Assembly: GCF_006345805.1 (NCBI RefSeq)
Contig: NC_043002.1
Span: 91,822,001 to 91,886,000, forward strand
DNA: 64,000 bases
Reading direction: 5' to 3'
DNA from: Octopus sinensis
Lineage: Eukaryota
In this document: positions 50,921 to 64,000 of the stretch, in pieces
Numbering within the stretch: position 1 is the stretch's first letter
Layout: each line of letters starts with the position of its first letter
Notes under the pieces: generated by a model
What the model saw: only the letters and a program-made list of their open reading frames with translations
Told to the model about the DNA's origin: nothing
Database searches by the model: none
Made by a program: the position numbers and the translations under genes

Positions 50921-53026
50921 ATACGTAAAGACGGTATATCGTCCGTCTTTACGTTCTGAGTTTAAATTTCGCCGATGTAGACTTTGTCTTTCATCCTTTC
51001 GGTGTCGATAAAATAATTAGCAGTTGAACACTGAGGTCGATGTAATCAACTATTGTCTTCCGCACAAAATTCCAGGCCTTATGCCTACAGTAGAAAGGAT
51101 TATTTTATTCCCTGGTAAGGCGGCGAGCTGGTAGAATCTTTAGCACACCGGGTAAAATGAGTTCAAATTCCACCGAGGTCGACTTGGCCTTTCATCCTTT
51201 TGGGATCGATAAAATAAGTACCAGTTGCAGACTGGCGTTGATGTAAAAGACTATACCACCCACCCACACACACACACACACACAAACAAAAATTTCAGGC
51301 CTAGTGCCTAGAATAGAAAGGATTATGTAACTGACGAATGATTTCCGAATTTGCCGCCTTGCAGTACTGAGTCAAAATTATTTAATCGATGTAATTTGGA
51401 GAAACACTCCACTGAAGTCAATAGGGCGAATCGTCCATTGAAGTATGCAACTGGTTGGGGGGGGGGAATTCAAAGAACGGAGAATGTTTATTGCATTTGC
51501 GTAAAGTGAATAAAAAATATTGACTGTAGAATTGAATCAATCTAAAGAAAAAATATACCTTAGAAAGAAAGAAAGAAAACAATATAGCAGCATGATGAAA
51601 GAAGCAGTAAATAGATTTAAGGCTAGTTGTAAATCATAATTAACCCAGATAAAATGACAGTGTTTCCTCTTACTTTTTCCACCTCTTTTCTTGCATGTTT
51701 TTTATTTTCTCTTTTCCTCTTTCCATCTGTCTCGGTTTCAGGCGCTAATGTTAGTGTAACAAAAAAATACGTGCATCAATGATCGTTTGTTGTTTACACA
51801 GATATTAACTGGTCTATTTCTATAAAACGCACCTCTGAGAGTTGTTAACAACCATTTTTTTTTTTCCAGAAGAATGATTATTTATTTATTGTAATTTATT
51901 GCTTTCCAATTTGTTTTATACCAGAGCAGCGGTTGTAACCGGTGGAATCATCAAGGTGCCCTACCAACAATTCGGTGTGTCTAGAGAAAAATACATAATT
52001 GGTACCTAATTCATCTTTTTGTACCATGGGGTTAAACTATATAAATAAGGATTGATTGACGTTGTTTAACCCAAAGTGAATGCCGATCGAGCAGACATTG
52101 GGTCAAAGATTTCCGGCCGTGCCCGTACCGTTTTTAGATACATTGAAGACTAATTTAGATAGTACAGTCTGGTTTTAATGAGATATGCCGTCTATATCTA
52201 GCTTCTATGTATAGGATTTATGAAGTGTTTTGTTGGTGTGTAATGCTACAGCTCAAAACACTTCCGTGTACCTAGATAAGTCATCGGAAGACTACACAGT
52301 TGTATTAAATTTCCATGGTAGACTCTTCAGTGCTTCTAATAACCTCTCACCTCTTGGTACTTTGATAATACACAGATTGAGCTAGAAAGATTTTCTAAAA
52401 GAAAGTCGAAAAATAAGCAGATTGTAATAGTAGCGCTAGACCAGAAAAGTTGTAGGAGAGTCCCTAAACCGATTTGATACTAATGCGACAGTTTTCTGAC
52501 AAATGCTAGCTTTAGTATCACAATATTCAGATTGTCTTAAGCACCAAATGCCGGTGCATTTGGATAGAAGATTTAAGTAGGAATCAATAAGTTTCTTTAT
52601 CTTGTTTTAAATCCAGTTAAAGAATAAATAATCTTTAAGTTCAATATGAGTAGAGTTTTGAAAAGCTTCAACATATTGCTGGACGCAACATCTTCTGTTG
52701 TACAGACTAAAAGTATCAAAATAAAATCAGGTAGGTGCAGGTATTGATATGTGGTTAAGGTATTTGCTTCACAACCACGTAGTTCTGGTTTCAGGCCCAC
52801 TGTGCGGTATATAACATAAGTGAATTCTATACCTCCTGGCATGTCTTTGCCTAATGAACAAAATCGGTAGACAGAAACTGTGCGGAAGCACATCGTATCT
52901 TTCTCTATTTCCTTCTCTCTCCTTCTCTCTCCCTCTCTCTCGCTCTCGCTCTCTCTCCCCATCTCTCTCTAAGTATATATATATATATATAATTTACTAT
53001 AAATATATATATATGTCCCTATCTCT

Positions 53027-53057
<31 letters not shown>

Positions 53058-53062
53058 CCTTA

Positions 53063-53116
53063 TCTCTGATGACGGAATATCCCATACTCCGGGATATCCC
53101 AGCAACAGCTGTAAGA
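53063..53116 (+). ncRNA. Decayed hammerhead-like motif
   Basis: UCU-CUGAUGA-..AUAUCCC/GGGAUAU..-GCAA (instead of GAAA)-CAGCUG-UA-AGA. Confidence 0.4.
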
Positions 53117-53197
53117 CTGAATTTTTTCCAATAATGATAATGTGTATGACTTGAGATGTTCACCTTTGCTTTAACGTTTGTTGTCCTCTTTAACAGT

Positions 53198-53239
<42 letters not shown>

Positions 53240-53246
53240 ATCAGAG

Positions 53247-53313
<67 letters not shown>

Positions 53314-53314
<1 letters not shown>

Positions 53315-53520
53315 TTCTTCAAAGTAAACTGGATCTTCCCTTGTCAAGAGTTTCCGATGGTCCTACCTGGCACCAGGAAACACAGGTGAGAGCTGCAGCT
53401 TCAAACTCCTTCATTCACCAATGCCACATATCAGGCAATGTTTTCAAGAAGGGAAATTGTAGCAAAACTAGAAGTGGTGCCCCCACATGGCCGCAGCGCT
53501 CACCCTGTAACTTGTAAAAG
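53314..53520 (+). mobile_element. 3' end of an older CR1-type LINE
   Basis: QVRAAASNSFIHQ followed by GTGGTGCCCCCACATGGCCGCAGC...GTAAAAGA, like 29170-29330. Confidence 0.65.
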
Positions 53521-53628
53521 AGCAAATGAATAGGAGGAATTTTGTTTGCAAGAGAAAACCAAATGTTTCAACACATAAAGTTTGGTTTCCAGTTATGTCA
53601 AAAGGCCAGCAGATTTTAAGGGAAAATA

Positions 53629-54021
53629 TCTTTATATATATAACTGTAGTTGTGTGAGTGTCTGTCCCCTTCGATTTAGATTCCTAACTACTCCCACATT
53701 TTGCGGTGCAGTTTAACCAAAACCAGGTATCTTATAGTCGTGATTCATATCAAGCCCTTCTGGGTATTAGCGCTTGTCTACGATGAGTCTACGATTTTAA
53801 AAATAATTTACCATCATTTTTTCCATTTTCATGCATATTTTTTTAAAGGGAAGTAACTCTCTAAAAATGTCTACGATGAGTCAACGATTTAAAAAAAAAA
53901 TTTACCATCATATTTTTTCCATTTTTAATGCATTTTTTGCTATTTTTTGGCTATAATTCTCTAAAAATGTCGTATAGTTATTTCCCTTACAAACCCGAGC
54001 AACGCCGGGCGATACTGCTAG
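53629..54021 (+). mobile_element. Non-autonomous Helitron
   Basis: A|TCTTTATATA...CCCGAGCAACGCCGGG...CTAG|T. Confidence 0.85.
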
Positions 54022-54029
54022 TAAATATA

Positions 54030-55730
54030 TAAAAGTAACGTCAGAATAATCACTTCTGTATTAAAAAACAAACAAAAACAAATAAAATAATGATGCTATT
54101 TACTTTTGTTCTTGGTTAATATTTAATTATGAAACTGACACATAATTATTACCCATTTTTTATATTTTACTTGTTTCAGTCATTTGACTGCGGTCATGCT
54201 GGAGTACTGCCTTTAGTCAAAGAAATCGTCCCCAAGTCTTATTCTTTGTAAGCCTAGTACTTATTCTATCGGTTTATTTGATGATAGGGGAATAAACACA
54301 GACATACAAATACATACATTCATATATTTTTTTTTGTTTTTTGCCCACAGGAGGCTAAACATAGAGGGGACAAACAAGTACGTAACTAGAACTTATTTAA
54401 TTGACCCCGAAAGGATGAAAGGCAAAGTCGGCCACGGCGGAATTTGAACTCAGAACGTAACGACAGACGAAATACCTATATCTTTACTGCCCACAAGGGG
54501 CTAAATACAGAGAGGACAAACAAGAACAGATAAACGGATTAAGTCGATTATATCGACCCCAGTGCGTAACTGGTACTTAATTTATCGACCCCGAAAGGAT
54601 GAAAGGCACAGTCGACCTCGGCGGAATTTGAACTCACAACCTAACAGCAGACGAAATACCGCTAAGCATTTGGCCCAGCGTGCTAACGTTTCTGCCAGCT
54701 CGCCGGAAATATGCGAGCAAGTGTAATAATATTCTTAAGATTATAAACCTGGAAGAGTTCAGTACATGTTATTACATCTGATAAAATACATTACTTAAAA
54801 TATTGTAGCTAAGAATAAAATTTCAAATAAAATATTGAGATTTAGAAAATATTAGCTTTTATTAAAACTAGAAATTTTATTACAAGTTATTACTTTCACG
54901 CGTTATTCTATTACTATACTTGTTAATTCTATTAAAAATTAAAGCTAACTCAAAATATTTTTGCACTTTAAAAAATTCAAAATAATTTTTCGCTTTAAAA
55001 AATTAATTTTTTAATTATTAATTAATAATTAGAAATTTGAAAATAGGTTATAAAAATAATAGTAGTACAAATTTGTTAGTAAAATAAATAGAATAATACA
55101 AAAATTAGTTATATATTACAGTAAAATCTACCTATAACAAAAAATTCACAGTAAAATTTGCTTGAGTTATTGGCCAAGTCTTCACATTTTTAGTCTTGAC
55201 CAATGACTATTTTTTACATAATGAATTGGCCTACAATATATACTACACTATTTTGCATAAAACTTTATCTATGCTGGTACTTCTGGCTCTCATTTTTAAA
55301 GTATTCTTTTGTGTCAATGTTTTAAAAAAAATGATGGTACTTTTTTTTTTATTATAAAGTTATGTTGTAAATTAAAATCAAATAATTTTTAATATTCAAA
55401 TTTTATCCTTAGCTGCAACATTTTAAGTAAAAATTTTCTTGTTCTGCATTTTACCAGATGTCATAACCTGCCCTGAACTTTCCAAAGTGTAATCACTTTT
55501 ACTGTATTGTTTCAGGTTTTTAATTTTAAGAATATTATTTCTCTTGCTTGCATTTTTCCATGTAATCCATGGTTTTTCCAGGTTATGCTATTCCGCTAAT
55601 TAATAATGTGTCAATTAATAATTTAAGATTTTACCCTATTGAAAATTGTCTATCATTTAAGTTTAATTAAAATAAAGCTTGTTTTTAAAATAAAGAAGTT
55701 AATGATACTTAAATCCAATTTTTTGCCTTA
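54030..55730. repeat. Old AT-rich inverted duplication; left arm interrupted by SINEs
   Basis: 54705-54835 aligns to the reverse complement of 55385-55558; weaker match of 54030-54150 to 55590-55730. Confidence 0.6.
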
Positions 55731-57044
55731 TATTTCATATTTTACATCACAACGTTTTTAATACAAATTTTTGTTGCATGGGACCACAACTATTTAATTC
55801 CTCATGCTTTCTTCTATCATTGAAGTTAGGATAAATATATTTTGCTTTTAAAATGAAAATGCTATTTAGATATAAACTTTACTAGAGGCCTTACTTACTC
55901 TCCAATAACGTTGCTAAAAATTTTAAGGTAGATTTTTTTTTCTTCTGGACCAAATCTCAATTTTCTTATGGCAAAATGTAGCTAGGGACCAGTTCCCGTC
56001 TAAAATATTAACAATTTTCAATTTAGTTAAGAACTGAATTAGCGACAAGTTGTGGAAGATGCTACGTGTGAGTAAATTACGGCCTTAAGAATATTATTCA
56101 ACTGCTACCGTATATATATATATATATATAATATATATATATATTATATATATATATATATATATACATATATGTAACGAGCTTCTTTCAGTTTCCATTT
56201 GCCTAATCTACTCACAAGGCTTTGGTCGGCCCGAGGCTATGACAGAAGACGTTTGCCCAAGGTGTCACGCAGTGGGCCTAAGCCCGAAACCATGTGGTTG
56301 TGAAGCAAGCTTCTTACCACACAGCCATACATTACATAACAAGGCAGCGAGCTGGTAGAATCTTTAGCACATCGGGCAAAATGCTTAGCCACGTTTCGTC
56401 CGTCTTTTTACTCTGAAATCAAATTCCGCCGAAGTAAGACTTTGCTTTTTGTCCCTTTCAAGATCGGTAAAATAAGTACCATTTGAGCAATGGGGTGTAT
56501 GTAATCGACTTACCCATCCACTGAAATTGATGACTTTGTGTCAAAATGTTAACCAATATTGTACCGTCTAGTCATCCAGAGTGAAAGATGACTGATGTCT
56601 TGCATGGCGAAAAGTTGCGCATTGTCGACGTCTCTCTCGTCACAGACCATCTGCAATCCAGTGGCAAGTATAGGTGAAGACGACAGGAGATGGAGATAGA
56701 TGCAGTGGATAACCAAGGCTCATCTCGCTCTCTGCACAACGCAATGCGTTACTGCAGCCACCTTCCTCACCGTTGAAGCATAAAGGTTTCTTCCGCAGAA
56801 TCCACAGGATCCAGTCTTCGCGCGCATAGATGAGCAAGCTTTACAATTTAAAAATATATATGATAAAAGAAAGGGATTGAAGGTTTCTCCCTTTGACTAC
56901 AAAATTCATAACTTCCTTTAAAATGCATGTGAAAAGGGTGGTCTGATTCAGGTTGTTTCAGACACATATAATTACAATTTGATTTTTTAAAATTATCTAG
57001 GTTAATCAATATTGTTATATATTCTTTAAAAAATGTACTTTTAG

Positions 57045-57295
57045 CTTTCTCACCAACAAAGCGCCTTTCTTCCAACTGATACGGTTATTGATCAAGACGA
57101 AGCTGCTAAAAATACAATGGAATTTCTAAATTTTTTAAACCGCCAGTATCGCCTCTTCTTCAGCTAGAAATTTACTTTGAGCTCTTACAATGCTTCAGCA
57201 ACATTTAGTTAAGCCTAAGTTCTGCTGTGGTACCGGATTAATAATGTTCATCCGTGGGAGCGATGACGATCATATATTCATCCTTGAGGATGATT
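57045..57295 (+). pseudogene. Decayed Helitron RepHel (PIF1-like helicase) fragment
   Basis: DTVIDQDEA..MEFLN, KPPVSP, LTMLQQHL, PKFCCGTGLIM, DHIFI, matching DTVxDxxEAVNYPxEFLNSLxPPGxPP..PIMLLRNL..PKLCNGTRLxV..DVFIPRI with frameshifts. Confidence 0.65.
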
Positions 57296-58377
57296 GATTA
57301 CTTGTCTGATGACTTAGTTTAACGTAAAATGTGTTGTGCGACTGGGAATGGAAACGGATGCAGTGGATGGCCAAGTTGTCGTGTTTACCTCACGTCACTG
57401 TCTGCACTCCAACCGTGCGTTACTGCAACCACCTTCTTTCCGTTGAACAATGAGGACTATGTTTTCCCCGCAGTGTCTGCCCGAACCAGTTTTCCCATAC
57501 GTTGGTAGGCAAGCTTTGATATGCTAATTAACCCATAGCTGGGTGACTGAGAGTTGTCATAACCCCGTTTCATACCAGACATGGGAACAGTGGTGGGCTA
57601 AGCGGTATTTCCACACCTCATAAAATTCTGGAACACCCGAACCACGGATCAAGTCCCACTACCGGATGCAGTTTAAAGTCAAGTTTTTGAAGTCCAAATC
57701 CAAGCAGAAGATACAATTATTTCTATAATAGATCACGTGACACAGAGATACCATTTCAGGCTTAGCGCTTACAATTTTCAGCAAGATTATGTTTACCATG
57801 TCCCTCAACAAATCGCAAGGAAAATACTGATTGTTTTTGGTCTGCAATTAAATTAAGACCGGCTTTCTTACGGTAAGCTTTATGTAAGGTGATCCAAGGA
57901 TAGGAACAGTTAATCTTTACGTATTTTCTCCTTTGGGGAAACATTACAATATTGTGTATAGAGAAATATTGTAATTTCCCATTTCAAATAGATCTTTCTT
58001 TCATTAAATATTTGTTAATTTCTCCCTTCCCAGCATTGAACTACTTACTGAATAATTTGCTGAAAAAAATTATATTTATACTTTAATTTGTCGTATGTAT
58101 GTATGTTTGTATGTATGTATGCATGCATGCTTGTATGTATGTATGTTTGTATTTATCTATATGTATATATAATATATATACACACGCACATTTATATATA
58201 TATATTATATATATATATATATACATACTCATACACACATATACATATATATGCATATATATAAAGAGATACATACATATGTGTGTGCGTGTATATATGT
58301 GTATATGTATGTACGTGTGTATGTATAGATATAATATATATACACAAATATATGTATACATATATGTTTATGTATAT

Positions 58378-58463
<86 letters not shown>

Positions 58464-58743
58464 TATGTATATATATATGTATTTGTATGCATTTATATAC
58501 TTAAACTTGTACGCATCTAAGTGTAAGTATGTATATATTCACATTAGTGTGCGTCATTGTTTCTAACAGTTTATAAACGGTGTTATTCTTTAATACTCTG
58601 CAACTAAACAGTTTAGCAAAAAGAACCCGATATAGTAAGTACCAGACTTAAAAAAAGCTGTGGGACTGATTCCATGAACTGAATCCCTCAAAGCGGTGGC
58701 CTAACATAGACACAGGAAAATGAATGAAACAAGTGTAAATATA

Positions 58744-59450
58744 AGGCGCAGGAGGGGCTGTGTGGTAAGTAGCTTGCTAACCAACCACATGGTTCCGGGT
58801 TCAGTCCCACTGCGTGGCATCTTGGGCAAGTGTCTTCTGCTATAGCCCCGGGCCGACCAAATCTTTCCCATCACTGAAATGCATAGTGTGTGACCGTCTA
58901 AAACCCTGAAAATCACAAACTCGGGCAAACTCAGTGTTATGGATTGCTTCATTGCCGAAAGTAGCGAAAGCATTATGTAACTGAAAAGTAGGGCGGCGAA
59001 CTGGCAAAATCGTTGGAAAAACGGACAAAATAGGCGTAGGAGTGGCTGTGTGGTAAGTAGCTTGTTTACGAACCACATGGTTCCGGGTTCAGTCCCACTA
59101 CGTGGCACCTTGGGCAAGTGTCTTCTACTATAGCCTCGGGCCAACCAAAGCCTTGTGAGTGGATTTGGTAGACGGAAACTGAAAGAAGCCTGTCGTATGT
59201 ATTTATATATATGTATATATATGTGTTTGTTTGTGTGTCTGTGTTTGTCCCCCTAGCATTGCTTGACAACCGATGCTGGTGTGTCTACGTCCCCGTTACT
59301 TAGCGGTTCGGCAAATGAGACCGATAGAATAAGTACTCGGCTTACAAAGAATAAGTCCCGGGGTCGATTTGCTCGACTAAAGGCGGTGCTCCAGCATGGC
59401 CGCAGTCAAATGACTGAAACAAGTAAAAGAGTAAAAGAGTAAGAGTATAA
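58744..59450 (+). mobile_element. Family C SINE containing a templated insertion copied from about 50293-50580
   Basis: 58858-59030 is nearly identical to 50293-50465 and is followed by a second SINE head with diagnostic variants of the 50466 copy. Confidence 0.85.
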
Positions 59451-59899
59451 AATGTACAACTTGTATGGCGACCATATGATTTCATTGACACTAGAATAGA
59501 CATTTCTTTTAACAGCATTTTAAAATATTTCCTGAGATGTTGGTCGATGCAACAAATTCCAGTTATGTATCGGTGTGACTATAATCGACTTTTATCATGT
59601 GGCATTTGCCAAACTTCGAAGTCAATATTAATTCAGGTATTAAGGCGACGAGCTGGTAGAATCGTTAGCACGCTGGACAAATTGATTAGTAGCCTTTAAT
59701 CCGTCTTTATGTTACGAGTTTAAATTCCGCTGAGGTCAACTTTACCTTTCCTTCTTTCTGGATCGATAAAATAAGTACCAGTTGAATACTGGGGTCGAGG
59801 TAATCAGCTTAGCCGCTCCCCCAAAATTGCTGGCCTTGTGCCAAAATTTAAAGCCAATATTAACTCTAGGTATTATGGCAATGGGCTTGCAAAAAACGG

Positions 59900-60275
59900 T
59901 AGCAACAATTAATCAGGCATGATATTCAGCTTGGTTAATGAACCATAATACTCTACTGAACGAATGAAAAATGGTACTCTACCGAATTCATAATTCATAG
60001 TACTCCTCTTAGTTAATGAGCCATGATACTGTTCTGAATTAATCAGCTATAAGTACTCAGTTGAGTTACTGAAGAATGATACCCTATTGGTTTGATGAAA
60101 CATAATAAGCAGCCGAATCAATTGATCATGACATTCAAATCAGCTAATGAACCATAGTTGTTAATTGAGTTAATGAATTTTGGTATTCTGCAGAATTAAT
60201 AAACCACAGTGCACTACTGAGTTAATAAAAAATAGAGCTCCACTAAGTTAATAAAACATGGTATTCCGCTAAGTT
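59900..60275. repeat. Degenerate minisatellite of about 26 bp, roughly 14 units
   Basis: Consensus close to GTTAATGAACCATGGTACTCTACTGA. Confidence 0.7.
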
Positions 60276-61004
60276 TGTAAACTTTGGCACTATGCTGCTC
60301 TGTAGAATCAAACGCGAGACCATGCTGTTTGGGATCGTGAAAATTTAGATTGATAACTTACAAAAGATGAAGTGATGCTACGACTCTGGTGTTGCAGTTT
60401 AGCATTTGGTCAGCACAGATCAGAGGCGTTCCATACGTGACCATCCCGTTTCATATTACGTCTTTGAACATTATTCATTGCGCCAGGCTTAATCCGACGC
60501 TCGATTTTGACTTGGTAAACTTAGCATGTCACCAGGTGTAAGCTTAATCAGAACTTTCCCCCCACGGCTCCCATAAGTCACAGCTAATTTGACAGCGATG
60601 ATATGCGTTGTGCTTCATTACTAAAATAAAGCTTTAGAAAATTATTCCTTACTTAAGATGAATGGATTGGTTTGAATAAGATTTGTCTGCTATTTCTAGC
60701 AGGTAAAGTGATCAGTTAGCAGCTCTGTAGTCTGTCAAAAGGAAATTAATCACATCTATCAAATATTTTGAAGAATTTCATTCTAGCGAATAGCTTAAAG
60801 TTTAGCAATAACGTATTAATCCATTTATTTTACTCGCCAAGTTAGAAACTACCAATTATCACTCAAATAGATAATAATTATAAATCTGTTCTATTATCTA
60901 TATAAAGCAAATATTTTATTCATAGAAAATTCCTTCTATCGTACAAAGAGTTATTGTTAAATTTAATTATAACGAAACCAATAGTTAATCAAGTACGTTA
61001 TATA

Positions 61005-61079
<75 letters not shown>

Positions 61080-61472
61080 GTATCTGTGTGCGTGTGTGTG
61101 TGCGTGCACGTGCGTATACACACACATATAATATATGTATTACATATATTATATCTAGGTATATACATGCATACATAGATACTTTTATATACACACTCAC
61201 ACGCATACACGCATATATATATATATATATGCGTACGTATAACACAATTGATATAGCAATTTCGCGATAATTTCTATATACCATTCATAAATCAGTAGGT
61301 TCATTGCATAATAGTTGTGATTAATTACTTAATATATAAATGTATTGGATGAAAACATGGTTTTTATAACCTTTAGATGAGTTTTCTGTATGCTCCTTTA
61401 CACTCGTTATGCATATAACTGATATTTTTACGTGCAATATAATATATGTATGTATGCATATATATATGTATG

Positions 61473-61542
<70 letters not shown>

Positions 61543-61607
61543 ATACATATATACATGCTATATACATATACATGTATATACGTAGATATATGTATATATA
61601 TAGACAT

Positions 61608-61641
<34 letters not shown>

Positions 61642-61665
61642 GTGGTGTGTGTGTGTGTGTGGTGT

Positions 61666-61943
61666 GTGGAGGCGCAATGGCCCAGTGGTTAGAGCACCGG
61701 ACTCGCGGTCGTAGGATTCCCAGACCGGGCGTTGTGGGTGTTTATTGAGTGAAAACACCTAAAAGCTCCACGAGGCTATGGCAGGGGGTGGTGATCCCTG
61801 CTGTACTCTTTCACCACTCTTTCTTCTGTTGGCCTGCTCGCTTAGCCAGCGGGGTGGCGTCATTTGTTGGCTAAAACAATGCGAACGCATTGTGACCAGC
61901 GATGTGTAACAACATCTGATGGTCTGGTCGGTCTCGTCTCGTG

Positions 61944-61945
<2 letters not shown>
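61666..61945 (+). mobile_element. SINE family R with tail module c; B-box region deleted
   Basis: Head as 25029; tail GGCCTGCTCGCTTAGCCAGCGGGG...TGGTCTGGTCGGTC. Confidence 0.8.
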
Positions 61946-62007
<62 letters not shown>

Positions 62008-62552
62008 ATATATTCTATTCCTGAGCGCTATACTAATACATTGTCTGTTTGTACTCCACCTGCCTTCGTCTTTTGTTTATTTTCGTAAACTTTCCCGTTA
62101 TATATATATCGTGAAGCATATTTGCCACCTAAATGTCGCTGAAGCACTGTCTGTATCCGATCAGTATTTGCGAAGGGAAACCATCGTTCCCATCTCTAAA
62201 CTTACGTGATACACACGGATCAGGGTTTCTGGGTAATAACCCATCATCGGCCTATGTCTGTCATCAGCTAGGAACGAGAACTGATTCCAAACGCAAAATA
62301 CTGTATGCTTTCTCCAGTGACAAACCCTCGCTGATCTCGAAAAGGGAGAAACCGTGTGCCGTTAGCCAGCTGGAGGAGACGTCTTCCTGGGGCTTTAAAT
62401 AACACTAGCTTCGTCCCATATGGGTCAGCCACATTTAGGTACTTTTCACGAAGTCGTGCTGCTACTGTTTACATCTCGCTCAGAGATTTATTGTCGCTTG
62501 TTTCTTCTTTCTCGAAATCAGCGACGCCCAGAGATTTATTATTGTTATATAT

Positions 62553-62600
<48 letters not shown>

Positions 62601-62606
62601 ACACAC

Positions 62607-62654
<48 letters not shown>

Positions 62655-62689
62655 GATTTTGAACTGAAAGCTTATTTTAGATTATTTCA

Positions 62690-63165
62690 ACAAAAAGCAA
62701 TGCAGTTAATCAAATTATACACCAAATTTATCAAAATAATATTGCCATTTTATCGGTTGCTTACTTATACCGGCTGCGAAGAATTGTGGAAAGCAAGAGG
62801 TGATGAAATCGCGAAAGGCTGTATTTGCCTCTTCTTCGGATATGAAGTTTCTTCCTTGCAAAAAGATGTCTAATGCCTGGAAAACGTGATAGCCAGTTGG
62901 CGCAAGGACTGGCAAATATGGTGTATGACCGAGCAATTCCAAGTTCAGTTCCTGTAACTTGAGTAGCATTCTTTGAGCAACATGCCTTGCAAGAGAATTC
63001 GCATGTCTCTATCAACTAACCTTGGTTGTTTAATTGCAAGTTCACTCATCAGTTCGTCCCATTTGTTGATACATACGTCCGCTGTCATGGACTTACAAGT
63101 GTCATGAAGCTGTAGTAGATGACACCAGCACTCCTTCATAATCAGCCTACGAACTCTCAGCGTAC
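62690..63165 (-). mobile_element. Decayed mariner transposase C-terminal fragment
   Basis: LLGHTPYLPVLAPTGYHVFQALDIFLQGRNF..GISKQPIKWQ (cf. HPPYSPDLAPSDYHLF); AIKQPRLVDR upstream. Confidence 0.85.
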
Positions 63166-63227
63166 TCTAGCGTGTGTCTGTGTGTCTGTATATATATGTA
63201 TATGTGTGTGTGTGTGTATGTATATTA

Positions 63228-63281
<54 letters not shown>

Positions 63282-63285
63282 TATC

Positions 63286-63555
63286 TCACGTGATCACGTG
63301 ACCGACCAGACCATCAGATGTTGCTACACATCGCTGGTCACAATGCGTTCGCATTGTTTTAGCCTTCGAACGACGCCACCCCGCTGGCTAAGCGAGCAGG
63401 CCAACAGAAGAAAGAGTGGTGAAAGAGTACAACAGGGATCACCACACCCTGCCGTTTTTCGCTCAATAAACACACACAACGCCCGGTCTTGGAATCGAAA
63501 CGCGCTTCTCCGACCGCGAGTCCGCTGCCCTAACCACTGGGCCATTGCGCTCCAC
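63286..63555 (-). mobile_element. SINE family R with tail module c
   Basis: Reverse-complement homologue of 61666-61945 with an internal deletion. Confidence 0.8.
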
Positions 63556-63682
63556 ACACCACACACACACACAACACACAATAACATATATATATATATA
63601 TATGTATATGATATATATATATATTATATATATATATATATATAATATATATGTATGTATGTATATATGTGTATATGTGTAT

Positions 63683-63897
63683 ATATATAAAGTTAATCCA
63701 AACAAGAAAGCACAAAAAAAACACAACAACGCGAGGACGTGGAACAAATATAGTATTATTGGACACTCAGGAAAGAAGGGAAGAAGGAGGGTTTTACGTT
63801 TCGAGCGGAGCTCTTCCTCGGAAACATAGAAGAAGGAAAGATCCAGAGAAGGGAAGACAGAGGGAAAAAAACGCCAACGGTACACACGAGGTCACAT
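63683..63897 (-). mobile_element. Solo copy of the hammerhead-bearing pLTR-like unit, core mutated
   Basis: 63791-63825 reads GUUU-CCGAGGA-A-GAGCUCCGCUC-GAAACGUA-AAAC. Confidence 0.8.
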
Positions 63898-64000
63898 TTT
63901 GAAAGCTATATATATATATTCATATACAGACACAGACACACACTAGGGTACGCTGAAAAGTTTGTAGTGTAACTATGAAGGAGTGACGCTACAGCTGTGA

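Noticed and set aside
54840-55380. Possible mitochondrial insertion (very AT-rich, hydrophobic frames)
   Set aside because: No recognisable mitochondrial gene or tRNA motif; better explained as the spacer of an inverted repeat.
56686-56790. Ankyrin-like peptide EIDAVDNQGSSRSLHNA
   Set aside because: Short, closed by stops, and the frame is not conserved in the paralogous repeat.
63945-64000. Possible mariner TIR start (GGGTACGCTGAAAAGTT)
   Set aside because: Truncated by the window edge; no partner end visible.

Overview
AT-rich, microsatellite-saturated eukaryotic DNA. The repeat content (tRNA-headed SINEs, Penelope-like elements, RTE/CR1/Tx1 LINE relics, Helitron derivatives) most resembles an Octopus genome; this is inference, not a database match. 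I found no convincing intact host protein-coding gene, and most ORF-track entries are microsatellite or antisense artefacts. The window looks like intronic or intergenic transposon debris. Three things stand out. (1) Two distantly related ORF1-only (gag/CCHC) retroelements, 6795-8843 (+) and 45527-46913 (-), each have a target-site duplication and an A-rich tail. Both sit at the same position and orientation inside the tRNA-like head of the same CORE-type SINE family and share a 3' TGCC-N5-GGCA hairpin, suggesting a SINE-targeting non-autonomous retroelement system. (2) Several unrelated short families carry type I hammerhead-ribozyme folds; the cleanest is 47728-47802. Two of these families lie inside fold-back (inverted arm) structures. 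(3) A CR1-like LINE 3' end matches the SINE 3' tail. Also present are a templated SINE-to-SINE insertion, a 1.9 kb tandem duplication that may be an assembly artefact, a TTAGGG-containing MITE, and relics of Penelope, RTE, mariner, Helitron-helicase and CRE-type elements. All alignments and folds were done by eye, so boundaries of decayed elements are approximate.
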